A stretch of 64,000 nt of DNA from Macrostomum lignano (taxonomy: Eukaryota). A program made the translations under genes and the position numbers. The stretch spans positions 62,001 to 126,000 of the forward strand of contig NIVC01001424.1 in NCBI GenBank assembly GCA_002269645.1, in the 5' to 3' direction. Under the pieces are notes generated by a model, which was not told the DNA's origin, did not search any database, and saw nothing but the letters and a program-made list of their open reading frames with translations. Of this stretch, positions 47,701 to 59,518 are shown piece after piece. The first letter of the stretch is position 1. Each line of letters begins with the position of its first letter.

Positions 47701-50700
47701 CATGCAGTGCTCACCTTGAGCAGATCGCCGTTTCCTCTTAGCATTTGCACTTTCGCTTGAATGACTTTCTGTAGCACCACTTGGGAGCTGACTAACTGTC
47801 TGGCTGAAGCCGGCTGGAGGCTGCTGTTGAGCAGGCGGAATGGCACTAGCTAGTTCAGCGACAAGGCTTGAACCAGTGGCGTCTGTGCTTGCGGAGACCG
47901 CATTCAAGTTGGGCTCAATCCGCGACGCGTCAGCGGAACTCTCGACTTCAGAAGCTGTGTCAAAGGAGTTGTGTAGTGTAGACACACTTCATGAACGTAA
48001 TCATTGGCTGAGCAAAGTTTCACAGATTCCCAAACTCAAACTCGAGCTACTTAGAAAGCTACTATTCTGTTTTGTTTATTTAGAGAGAGCTATGCTTTGC
48101 TGGCTCAACTACAAGAACCATTTTCTAGTCACAGCCAGAGCCGCGTTAAAAATAACAGACTCCATGTCCCATTAAGTGCGTCCCAATAAATGCCTCAAAC
48201 ATCACATCCGCACAATGTTGTCCCAATAAGTGCCCAAGTGTATGTGTTTTTCTGTCCTGCCGATGCCCGCCCAAAATATCCATTGCCTTATTTGCCAAGG
48301 CTCCCAAACACTCCCGCTTAAAGTACATGTACCTTCATGCAGACAAAGCAATGCTCATGCAGTGCTCACCTTGAGCAGATCGCCGTTTCCTCTTAGCATT
48401 TGCACTTTCGCTTGAATGACTTTCTGTAGCACCACTTGGGAGCTGACTAACTGTCTGGCTGAAGCCGGCTGGAGGCTGCTGTTGAGCAGGCGGAATGGCA
48501 CTAGCTAGTTCAGCGACAAGGCTTGAACCAGTGGCGTCTGTGCTTGCGGAGACCGCATTCAAGTTGGGCTCAATCCGCGACGCGTCAGCGGAACTCTCGA
48601 CTTCAGAAGCTGTGTGAAAGGAGTTGTGTAGTGTAGACACACTTCATGAACGTAATCATTGGCTGAGCAAAGTTTCACAGATTCCCAAACTCAAACTCGA
48701 GCTACTTAGAAAGCTACTATTCTGTTTTGTTTATTTAGAGAGAGCTATGCTTTGCTGGCTCAACTACAAGAACCATTTTCTAGTCACAGCCAGAGCCGCG
48801 TTAAAAATAACAGACTCCATGTCCCATTAAGTGCGTCCCAATAAATGCCTCAAACATCACATCCGCACAATGTTGTCCCAATAAGTGCCCAAGTGTATGT
48901 GTTTTTCTGTCCTGCCGATGCCCGCCCAAAATATCCATTGCCTTATTTGCCAAGGCTCCCAAACACTCCCGCTTAAAGTACATGTACCTTCATGCAGACA
49001 AAGCAATGCTCATGCAGTGCTCACCTTGAGCAGATCGCCGTTTCCTCTTAGCATTTGCACTTTCGCTTGAATGACTTTCTGTAGCACCACTTGGGAGCTG
49101 ACTAACTGTCTGGCTGAAGCCGGCTGGAGGCTGCTGTTGAGCAGGCGGAATGGCACTAGCTAGTTCAGCGACAAGGCTTGAACCAGTGGCGTCTGTGCTT
49201 GCGGAGACCGCATTCAAGTTGGGCTCAATCCGCGACGCGTCAGCGGAACTCTCGACTTCAGAAGCTGTGTCAAAGGAGTTGTGTAGTGTAGACACACTTC
49301 ATGAACGTAATCATTGGCTGAGCAAAGTTTCACAGATTCCCAAACTCAAACTCGAGCTACTTAGAAAGCTACTATTCTGTTTTGTTTATTTAGAGAGAGC
49401 TATGCTTTGCTGGCTCAACTACAAGAACCATTTTCTAGTCACAGCCAGAGCCGCGTTAAAAATAACAGACTCCATGTCCCATTAAGTGCGTCCCAATAAA
49501 TGCCTCAAACATCACATCCGCACAATGTTGTCCCAATAAGTGCCCAAGTGTATGTGTTTTTCTGTCCTGCCGATGCCCGCCCAAAATATCCATTGCCTTA
49601 TTTGCCAAGGCTCCCAAACACTCCCGCTTAAAGTACATGTACCTTCATGCAGACAAAGCAATGCTCATGCAGTGCTCACCTTGAGCAGATCGCCGTTTCC
49701 TCTTAGCATTTGCACTTTCGCTTGAATGACTTTCTGTAGCACCACTTGGGAGCTGACTAACTGTCTGGCTGAAGCCGGCTGGAGGCTGCTGTTGAGCAGG
49801 CTGAATGGCACTAGCTAGTTCAGCGACAAGGCTTGAACCAGTGGCGTCTGTGCTTGCGGAGACCGCATTCAAGTTGGGCTCAATCCGCGACGCGTCAGCG
49901 GAACTCTCGACTTCAGAAGCTGTGTGAAAGGAGTTGTGTAGTGTAGACACACTTCATGAACGTAATCATTGGCTGAGCAAAGTTTCACAGATTCCCAAAC
50001 TCAAACTCGAGCTACTTAGAAAGCTACTATTCTGTTTTGTTTATTTAGAGAGAGCTATGCTTTGCTGGCTCAACTACAAGAACCATTTTCTAGTCACAGC
50101 CAGAGCCGCGTTAAAAATAACAGACTCCATGTCCCATTAAGTGCGTCCCAATAAATGCCTCAAACATCACATCCGCACAATGTTGTCCCAATAAGTGCCC
50201 AAGTGTATGTGTTTTTCTGTCCTGCCGATGCCCGCCCAAAATATCCATTGCCTTATTTGCCAAGGCTCCCAAACACTCCCGCTTAAAGTACATGTACCTT
50301 CATGCAGACAAAGCAATGCTCATGCAGTGCTCACCTTGAGCAGATCGCCGTTTCCTCTTAGCATTTGCACTTTCGCTTGAATGACTTTCTGTAGCACCAC
50401 TTGGGAGCTGACTAACTGTCTGGCTGAAGCCGGCTGGAGGCTGCTGTTGAGCAGGCTGAATGGCACTAGCTAGTTCAGCGACAAGGCTTGAACCAGTGGC
50501 GTCTGTGCTTGCGGAGACCGCATTCAAGTTGGGCTCAATCCGCGACGCGTCAGCGGAACTCTCGACTTCAGAAGCTGTGTGAAAGGAGTTGTGTAGTGTA
50601 GACACACTTCATGAACGTAATCATTGGCTGAGCAAAGTTTCACAGATTCCCAAACTCAAACTCGAGCTACTTAGAAAGCTACTATTCTGTTTTGTTTATT

Positions 50701-50847
50701 TAGAGAGAGCTATGCTTTGCTGGCTCAACTACAAGAACCATTTTCTAGTCACAGCCAGAGCCGCGTTAAAAATAACAGACTCCATGTCCCATTAAGTGCG
50801 TCCCAATAAATGCCTCAAACATCACATCCGCACAATGTTGTCCCAAT
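44512..50847. repeat. 655-bp tandem array, ~9.7 near-identical copies, overlapping the 5' part of the recombinase gene
   Basis: The marker gtgtagacac recurs at 44701, 45356, 46011 ... 50596 (exact 655 period). I saw only two variable sites (D/H and P/Q codons). Confidence 0.98.
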
Positions 50848-51806
50848 GATTGCTCCACATTTGAGCTTTGCTTGTATATACCAGTGCAATGTGTTTGTTT
50901 TTCTGTCCGACCGTTGCCACTAAAAATGTTTTTTTTGTGCTTTTCTTTTCTACGTTTGATGTGTAAATAATATAGGTAATATGTGCTTTTCTATGTGAAA
51001 TACAGTTTCTGCAGTCAAAGTACCTGCATTGGATCGATGTTTTTTAAGCTTGAAGATGCTGCGAAATTGCTTTTCTTCCATCTCTACAAAGTTTTAGTTT
51101 TCGCTTTCAAGGGAATTTCAAGGCTTTTACGGAGGTACATTTAAGATTTAGAGTATTATGTTTTTTCTTACCAATGTAGTATTTTTCAAACGCACGGCCA
51201 CTATATGAGACGTTTCGATTTGCTAATTGTTCCTCTATAAAATTGAAAATTGATTTAAGGGATCTCTTTTCACCTAAACATCATTGCTATTTTTTCGGGC
51301 ATTGATAAGTAAGAAGTAAGATTGATAGTCTTTATGAGTATACTCTTCGTGGATAAGTAATTGAATGTTTAACATATGCATACATACCTGTTAGAGTTGG
51401 TAGCCCTTTAGTAACGGCTTCAAACGGTAGTGGGTCTGCATCAATGTATCTGCAGTAAATTACATATTTGTGTTAATTTACGCAAAGTACAGTGTGCACG
51501 TAATTGTGTTATTTAGAAATCAATAAGACTAGTATAGGAAGATATAGTTTTTTTTAATGTCACTTACATGTTAGTCACCGTGCCGCTCCACTCCTTTCCC
51601 TTCCACTGCATCACGACTCGTGTTCCATGGCATAGTTGACCTTTAAACTTTAGGTCGCTTAGATATACAACGTTGGTCTGGCCGTAGGCGGGATGCCTTT
51701 TATCAAATTTCACTTCCACTCTTCGGTTGGCATGGCCATTAACCTCTAGTGGCCTCTTTCTTACTTTTCTTTGGGCCTTCAGCTTCTTAGCGGCCTTCTG
51801 CCGCAT
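50826..51806 (-). CDS. Putative 5' exons of the recombinase gene (51806-51568, 51449-51388, 51083-51024, 50919-50826)
   Basis: ATG at 51806 in an AACA context; donors GTAAGT, GTATGT and GTACTT with AG acceptors. The phases chain without stops: MRQKAAKKL...WKGKEWSGTVTNI-YIDADPLPF...-EMEEKQFRSIFKLKKHRSNA-. The fourth exon's donor (GTGATG) is weak. Confidence 0.5.
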
Positions 51807-52924
51807 TGTTTTAAGTATGTAGCTACGAGTATTTTGACTAGATCAAATTCAGAATGGCTTATAGTAAATAGAATAGTATCGGGAAGTCAATGTATTGTAC
51901 AAAATTGTCTCAATCTAGATTTAGTTTGGTTCTTCCGATTGGCCTTTGAAAGAGGTTTGTGGGGGCTCTAAATAGGGGTGGCTTGGCTGTCCTAACACTT
52001 CTGAATGTACACTCAATTGGCCTGGAGAGAAGGTTGATTGGGTTTTATTTGTGCGTGTCCCCACACTTCAGAATGTACACACGCGCGTTAGCTCGATTAT
52101 CGATCGAAGCTGGGACAAAGTTCTTTACCAAGCTGTTTAGCCTGGCCAAAACGTTTTGTGAGAGAGGGATTGAGGCCTAGGGGCTTATTTTGCTCTGTAA
52201 TCTCTCCGTAAGAAAAAGAATGCAAGAATTTTAATTGTGGTTGTTAAAATTTTAAGCTCTATATTAATATGCTCGCGAATCGCTGATAGGTGAAATAGGG
52301 AGAAGAGTACGTTGGAACAATAGAAACAATACACCTGTAGTGGAGCGATAAAGTTACTAAGTGTTAGTAGTGTTGAACATTGTCCCAATTTTAGTATACT
52401 TCAGAGTTGAAAATTTTACAATTAGAATGTAGAATTTTATAGATTAGAGTGTATATGAGATAAACTAACAGTTCTTACAGCAAAACATCCTGGAAAACTT
52501 ATGTAGCCACGACCACGCTGCCAAATGATATCTGATCTCTTCAGCTTTAGACAGGCTCCTTATTAAGCATTCAGCTTTACTTTAAGTAGACCTTTTAGAA
52601 TATTACATGATAAAAAGACGAGACATGAAAGTATGATTAAAGTCCCAATTGTTCTATTGAACCAAAAATGGTTTTGCATGATTTTCCTAACCTGTTGGGA
52701 CATTGTTAATCGCTAAATTACTCATGTATCGTAAGAAATATGGTTTCTGTTGTTTGGTTTCTGAAAAGGGAATCGAACGACGGTTCGAACGAATATTTTT
52801 TTAATTTAGTAGCCTTGATTTTTAGAAGTGTCGGGACGCACATATTGGGCCTGGCCCAACACATTTTTGGTCCTAATAGCACGGGTCAGTTTATACACGC
52901 TTGTCCCAAGAAATGCCTAATGCA

Positions 52925-52974
<50 letters not shown>

Positions 52975-52989
52975 TAATTCAGCCAATAC

Positions 52990-53125
52990 TGGTACCATTT
53001 TACGGCTAGGTGAACTGAAGAAATGCGGAGTGAAGTGTCTTGCTGTCAAGGACACAAATTGTTCCGATTGGGTTGAGAATCGAAGCCCCGACCTTTCAGT
53101 CGTGAGTTGTGAGCGCGGTGTGAAT
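52990..53125 (-). mobile_element. tRNA-derived SINE, second copy
   Basis: The reverse complement reads ..gaaaggtcggggcttcgattctcaacccaatcggaacaatttgtgtccttgacagcaagacacttcactccgcatttcttcagttcac, homologous to 3080-3240. Confidence 0.7.
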
Positions 53126-54184
53126 TTATTTCCACAATGTATGCTTCTCAGTGCACTATAGCTTTGAGAGAAAATTCATTAGAGAAATAGCTGAATGATC
53201 AGGTACCATAAGCACTCACTGATTTGCAACGGTATTAAAAATCCAATGTCATAAAGCAACTGCACGGTAACTTGGTGGGCCGCGGACTTCTATTTTAGAC
53301 TGGACGAATTTCATTTAGAAGACTACATGTAGATCATAAATTTCTGCAGCTAGTAAATAAATAATGTAGCTATCAATAGTAGTTTTCAGCTCGTTAATAG
53401 GGGTCACCTAATCTGACGAACTCGGTGCTTTCGTATCTTTTGTATTCGTATTCATTTCCCGTATCTTTTGTATTCTTTCTTTGTTATAGAAAACACAACG
53501 CAGTTGACTGTGAATGTGGCTACCCCCAGAGTCCGGACCTTCTCAGGATAGATATTGCAAACAAATCCTACAGAAAGCAATCAACATAAAGACAGTCTTA
53601 CTCTCGACGTACGTCTCGCATCAAAGCAGCTCAAGAGCTGAGTAAACTATTGTTTGCCATTGTCGCTGACTTCAGGCAGACCAGATAGCTCAGTTGCGTT
53701 TTGTGAAGCTCCCTAGCAATCTGCCTCCCCGTTGGGAAGGCAACAAAAGAAAGGAAAAAAATATCTGAATAACCTACATTTCCAGTTTTCCCTGTGTGCT
53801 CACCATTGTTATTCTCTCAGGAAAATGATTTTTAAAGGAAAAAAGCATCCACCCTGAAAGACAGCTATCTGGCCTACGATATCAGGTCTACCAGGAGCTT
53901 TGGCTCAAAGCAGATGAGAAACCCCGATGAGCCAACGCATTTCAGCACTTCCACCCGTTAGCCTTGACATCTCAGCAATTTCTAACGAGCATTGATCGCC
54001 ACAGCAATTCAGCAATCCCCCCATGAACCTTGACATTGCATCGAGTCCGCTGAGCCCAAGAACTTCATGGCAATTTCTCTGAGTCTTTGAAATCTTAGAA
54101 ATTCCACCAACAGCCCTGACAATTCAGCAATTCACACCCATCAGCTTTGACATCTTTGCGATTTCCGATGAGTCTTTACGGTTG

Positions 54185-54965
54185 AATGGGCGCTTCTTTT
54201 ATGGTTGACATGTCGTGTGTTTTATGTTTCACATAATCCTCTTTTATGGTTTACATGGCGATTCCTTTATGGTTGACATATCATGTCTTTTATGCTTCAC
54301 ATAACCCTTTTTATGGTCGACATGTCGTGTTTTTTATGTTTCACATAACCCTTTTTTATGTTTGACATGTCGCTTCTTTGACGATTGACATGTCGCTTCT
54401 TTTATGTTTGACATGTCGCTTCTTTTATGTTTGACATGTCGATTCTTTCAAGGTTGACATGTCGCTTCTTTTATGGTTTAGATGTCGATTATTTTATGGT
54501 TGACATGGCGATTCTTTTATGTTTGACATGTCGATTCTATCAAGGTTGACATGTCGCTTCTTTTATGGTTTAGATGTCGATTATTTTATGGTTGACATGG
54601 CGATTCTTTTATGTTTGACATGACGCTTCTTTTATGTTTGATATGTAACTTCTTCTCTATGTTTGACATGTCGCTTCTTTTATGTTTGACATATCGATTC
54701 TTTTATGTTTGACATGTCGATTTTTTATGGTTGACATGGCGATCCTTTTATGGTTGACACGTCGCTTCTTTTATGGGTGAAATGTAACTTCTTCTATGTT
54801 TGACATGACGCTTCTTCTGTGTTTGACATGTCGCTTCTTTTATGTTTGACATATCGATTCTTTTATGTTTGACATGTCGATTCTTTTATGTTTGACATAT
54901 CGATTCTTTTATGTTTGACATGTCGATTTTTTATGGTTGACATGGCGATCCTTTTATGGTTGACA
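54185..54965. repeat. Degenerate ~23-bp minisatellite (ttttatgtttgacatgtcgcttc)
   Basis: >25 imperfect copies around the core TTGACATGTCG. Confidence 0.9.
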
Positions 54966-56571
54966 AGCGCTCTTATGTGACTCGGTAGCCGCTGATGAAC
55001 TGCTCTGCCAAATTTCTTACCAGCTCGTAGTTTAACTGATCGGAATGTAACCAGCAGTGCTTACTTACGAGTAGTCTAATTCGGACAACTGCAGTCGCAT
55101 AATATATTGTATTTCTTTAACTTCATACATGTAGACGATATTATATCTTTAAAAAAATGCATATTACAAAAGCATTAGTTGGCCCCTGCAGTCAGATATT
55201 GTTACAGCAGACGGTTGTCAAGACCCTTTCAATCTACGTCATCTAAAACCGGGATGAGCTGCAGGATGTCCTGCGACGCTGCTTTTACAACTTTGAGGTG
55301 GAATCATGGTGTTGTAAGATTTTCACCCTCGTTTATGCCAATGTTTAAGCCACTTTAATTTAGTTTATGACATGAAAATTAGACTCTGACTTAGTTGCAA
55401 ATTGCACAGCGAGAAGTCCAAGATCAGATAAGATTTGGAGGAGCGCACAGGATCGTGTCTTAAAAATGAGATCTTTCGGGTATAGCCGCAGAGTGCACGT
55501 TAAACAACGGCTCAATGCCTAGCAAACTTTTATAGTTCTACAGTTGGAATCACGGAAGCGATTTCCAGGCAAACTAGGATGATTGTGACTGTGCTAGGAA
55601 GATAGTTCTGAACAATAGCTTTTCTATTCTATTGTTTATTAGTCGTCTTTGAAGCCATGGATGTTTTGATTTCAAAGTTAGCCAACACATTGACGGAAGT
55701 TAAGCATGGGCGATCTACAGGAAATCAAGCGAAAATCCCACAGGAAGCGAGCAACTGTATTGATCCATTGTTAACCATCATCGACTGTTTCCGCACCTGC
55801 ACTGCAACGTTGCTTATCGTGCAAGGGTCCGCTACGATCGGACTCGATCGCGCCTCTGTCTACAGCTGCTCTGCTGTCTGCTGTCAGCGCTGGTTGTGAG
55901 ACGATATGTCGCCAAGAAGGCGTTGCAAAATGTTTGAATAAAATTTCCAGACTTTTTTTACCAAGCATAGAGTTGCTGGAGTCATGGACAAACTGTACAG
56001 TCATGGAAGAACGTAAAGGTGCAATGAAGGGCGGATGTTCTTTAATTAGTCTAAAACTCCTCTTGGAAAGGCAACAGTTTACAAACGAGATGTCGGTCGG
56101 CTAATGTGCCAAAAGAAACAGAAAACTTCTTGCATCGACTTTCCACTTTAGTTGCCAGTGTGTGTGTGACGCTCTTCCACAAATCCTATAGAAGAAAAAG
56201 CCCACAGAAAAATACAATGAAAGCAGAAATCCATAATTTTGAAATTAATCTCTTTTGTGTTGAAAATCAGGCAGGAAAAAATCCGGAAAATTTCTAACCA
56301 ATTGCTGATGAATTTTCAAGAGGAAGTTTGTCTGCAACCATAGGCATTTTTTATTTCTTTTTTTTCTGAAGCACACGGCGCAAAAAACAGCACGAGTGCA
56401 AAAACTAACAGAACCCCTGAATAAAAGAGTTTCTGTAATGAAACCAACACAGCTTTTTAGCTTAAACTTTTATTTGTCTCGAGGATGTGGGACTTCGCAT
56501 CAAAGATTCAGTTTGCTGGAGTCCCTGTTCAGCTCATCAGCTGAGCCAGTCGGTCACCGCACGGCTCAAGC

Positions 56572-57315
56572 TCAGCCACGCACGAACAGAGTCCACTCGG
56601 GTCCGCTCAGGTGGCCAGGCGGGTACACGAACTCCAGCAGGTGGCAGGCGAGCTCCTGTCGGGAGAAAACGGCGGCCTGGCAGTCGGCTCTGGCGCTGCA
56701 CCGGAGCAGGCAGTCCTCGACGGACTGGGCAGCGACAGGCCAGACGGAGGTGGTACCGGATGTCACGGGAGGGCTGGACTGCTTCACTACCGTGTAGGTG
56801 TTGTTGTCCGAAACTGAGAAATTGCACGATAAATCAGCTTTTCAATAATTAGCATGCTTTCATTCTGACTAAAGGTACAGGGATTTAGAAATCAGAATAT
56901 TTGTACCTGGGTAGCTCAGGGAGAACACGGAGTTTCTGACGGGGCCGCCACACTTCTGCATCGCGTTTCCCGAGCAATCCATGCTGCAGTCGGCTTCGCT
57001 CACCGGGCCATGGGATCCGAAGGAGTTGCCGCAGTAGCACTCTTTACTGTACTGCACCCCGAAGTACGGGAAGCTGCCGATCGAGCAGATGCCGCTGCAC
57101 AGCTCGTGCGACATCTCCGCGCTGCGGACTCTCTTGTAATTTTCGACATCGAATCCACCGATCCTGCTGCCTCCACTGAGCCCGTTCAGGTCTCTGGGTG
57201 ACACACGGTCTTTATAGCAGCCCAGGTATTCGAAGCGGACGAACCTGCAGGTGACGCAAGTCAGCAAGAGTGCAGTGCAGAACAGAACGGAGAGAGCCGC
57301 TGTTGGGCGGAACAT
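56572..57315 (-). CDS. Secreted WSC + PAN-like protein G9 (exons 57315-56907, 56813-56572)
   Basis: Close paralog of G8 in inverted orientation; YPG|gtacaa donor, 93-nt intron and an open in-phase exon 2. Confidence 0.88.
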
Positions 57316-57639
57316 TTCTCTGCTAGGAGAGGAACTTGGAACAGCTGAGTTAAGCAGTTCTGCATCTCAAGTCAGAAAAGATTCAGCTTTATTATAGCAA
57401 CTCTGACTGGCAAACATAAAATCCGCCTTTGGACCAATCAGGTCCGTTAGCAACGGTCGTCGAACACAGGTTTTTTGACGAGAAAATTTTTTGACCTTAC
57501 AATCAAGACTTTTTGTAATCCAATCGGGACGCTAGGAGTACGGGCTATGAGCTGCAAGCTAGTAAGCTACATGCGTCATTCGGGACTCCTGTGGCCTTCC
57601 CTTCGCGTTGGGAGGACAACAGGACACAGCATCTCCGAA

Positions 57640-58460
57640 TGTGTACTCACTGTGTCACAGATTCTAGGTACTCACAGGTGGACAATGTGTGCTCATTTGG
57701 TCACAGATTCTAGGTACTCACAGGTGGACAATGTGTGCTCATTTGGTCACAGATTCTGAGTACTCAATGGTGGACGATGTGTGCTCACTGTGTCACAGAT
57801 TCTGAGTACTCAATGGTGGACGATGTGTGCTCACTGTGTCACAGATTCTGAGTACTCAATGGTGGACAATGTGTGCTCACTGTGTCACAGATTCTGAGTA
57901 CTCACAGGTGGACAATGTGTGCTCATTTGGTCACAGATACTGGGGTACTCAATGGTGGACAATGTGTGCTCACTGTGTCACAGATTCTGAGTACTCAATG
58001 GTGGACGATGTGTGCTCACTGTGTCACAGATTCTGAGTACTCAATGGTGGACAATGTGTGCTCACTGTGTCACAGATTCTGAGTACTCAATGGTGGACAA
58101 TGTGTGCTCACTGTGTCACAGATTCTGAGTACTCAATGGTGGACGATGTGTGCTCACTGTGTCACAGATTCTGAGTACTCAATGGTGGACGATGTGTGCT
58201 CACTGTGTCACAGATTCTGAGTACTCAATGGTGGACAATGTGTGCTCACTGTGTCACAGATTCTGAGTACTCACAGGTGGACAATGTGTGCTCATTTGGT
58301 CACAGATACTGGGGTACTCAATGGTGGACAATGTGTGCTCACTGTGTCACAGATTCTGAGTACTCAATGGTGGACGATGTGTGCTCACTGTGTCACAGAT
58401 TCTGAGTACTCAATGGTGGACAATGTGTGCTCACTGTGTCACAGATTCTGAGTACTTAAT
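57640..58460. repeat. 46-bp minisatellite (tgtcacagattctgagtactcaatggtggacaatgtgtgctcactg)
   Basis: ~17 copies, with a higher-order repeat of variant units (the 57827 block recurs at 58196). Confidence 0.95.
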
Positions 58461-59084
58461 GGTACCACGTAGTTACACTATTTGCACCTCGATAGTTTAA
58501 CACAGTCTGCGAGTATACAAAGACTAAAGTAAGACAAAGGCAAGCATTAATGATTAAATTTATAAACCTCAAAAAATCAGGTCAACTTCTGTCAGGTGTT
58601 TATTTTTAACGCTGTGCTTATTTATTAACAGGCCCGACAATCATTGCCACTATATAATTATTATTTAAGTTATAGTACAAGCACAGAAAAGTAATTATAG
58701 ACAAGCAGACTAAAAACAAAGGAGGCTTTAAGAAACGAATTGGTCTCGTCGCCGCGACTGGTACAGTCGGCCGCTACTTACCAGTCTTTCTTATTACTAC
58801 TGACATTGATAAGTAGTAAAAACACGCATCCAATAAAAAATATTACAATTGTAAAAAATAATTCAGAGTTGCACTTAACGGAAAGTCTAAGTCTGAATAA
58901 ATAATTAGGTGAGCGCCTCGCATTGAAAGCGATGCAGCATGACATGAAGGCATCTGGATCTTGCTGATTTTCTATACATATCGTTTATTATTTTTTATGA
59001 TACAATACTTATGTACTTTACGCGGTGATACCTGATGAAGCATCTTTACGCGGTGATACCTGATGAAGCATCCGGGAGTATGGG

Positions 59085-59470
59085 CTCATGTGAGATCTGA
59101 GCTCATTTGGGATCTTGAGCTCATGTGGGATCTGAGATCATGTGGGATCTGAGCACATTTGGGATCTGAGCTCATTTGGGATCTGGGCTTATTTGGGATC
59201 TGGGCTTATTTGGGATCTGGGCTTATTTGGGATCTGAGCTCATTTGGGATCTGAGCTCATTTGGGATCTGGGCTTATTTGGGATCTGAGCTCATTTGGGA
59301 TCTGAGCTCATTTGGGATCTGGGCTTATTTGGGATCTGAGCTTATTTGGGATCTGGGCTTATTTGGGATCTGGGCTAATTTGGGATCTGGGCTTATTTGG
59401 GATCTGGGCTTATTTGGGATCTGGGCTCATGTGGGATCTGATGAAGCACCAAGCAAGAATCTGAGCTCAT
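59085..59470. repeat. 17-bp minisatellite (atttgggatctg(a/g)gct(c/t)) just 3' of the HECT gene
   Basis: ~21 copies. Confidence 0.95.
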
Positions 59471-59518
59471 GCAGCCGTATCTACCGTATCTATCAGCTCA
59501 GCTTAAAAGCTACTTGAG

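Noticed and set aside
44512-50847. 655-bp array or the X-(S-X) layout as a CRISPR-like repeat-spacer system
   Set aside because: The intervening segments are identical rather than unique, the units are far too long, there are no cas genes, and the context is eukaryotic.
55140-56050. Possible decayed transposase or coding remnant
   Set aside because: Short interrupted frames with no motif I could assign confidently.
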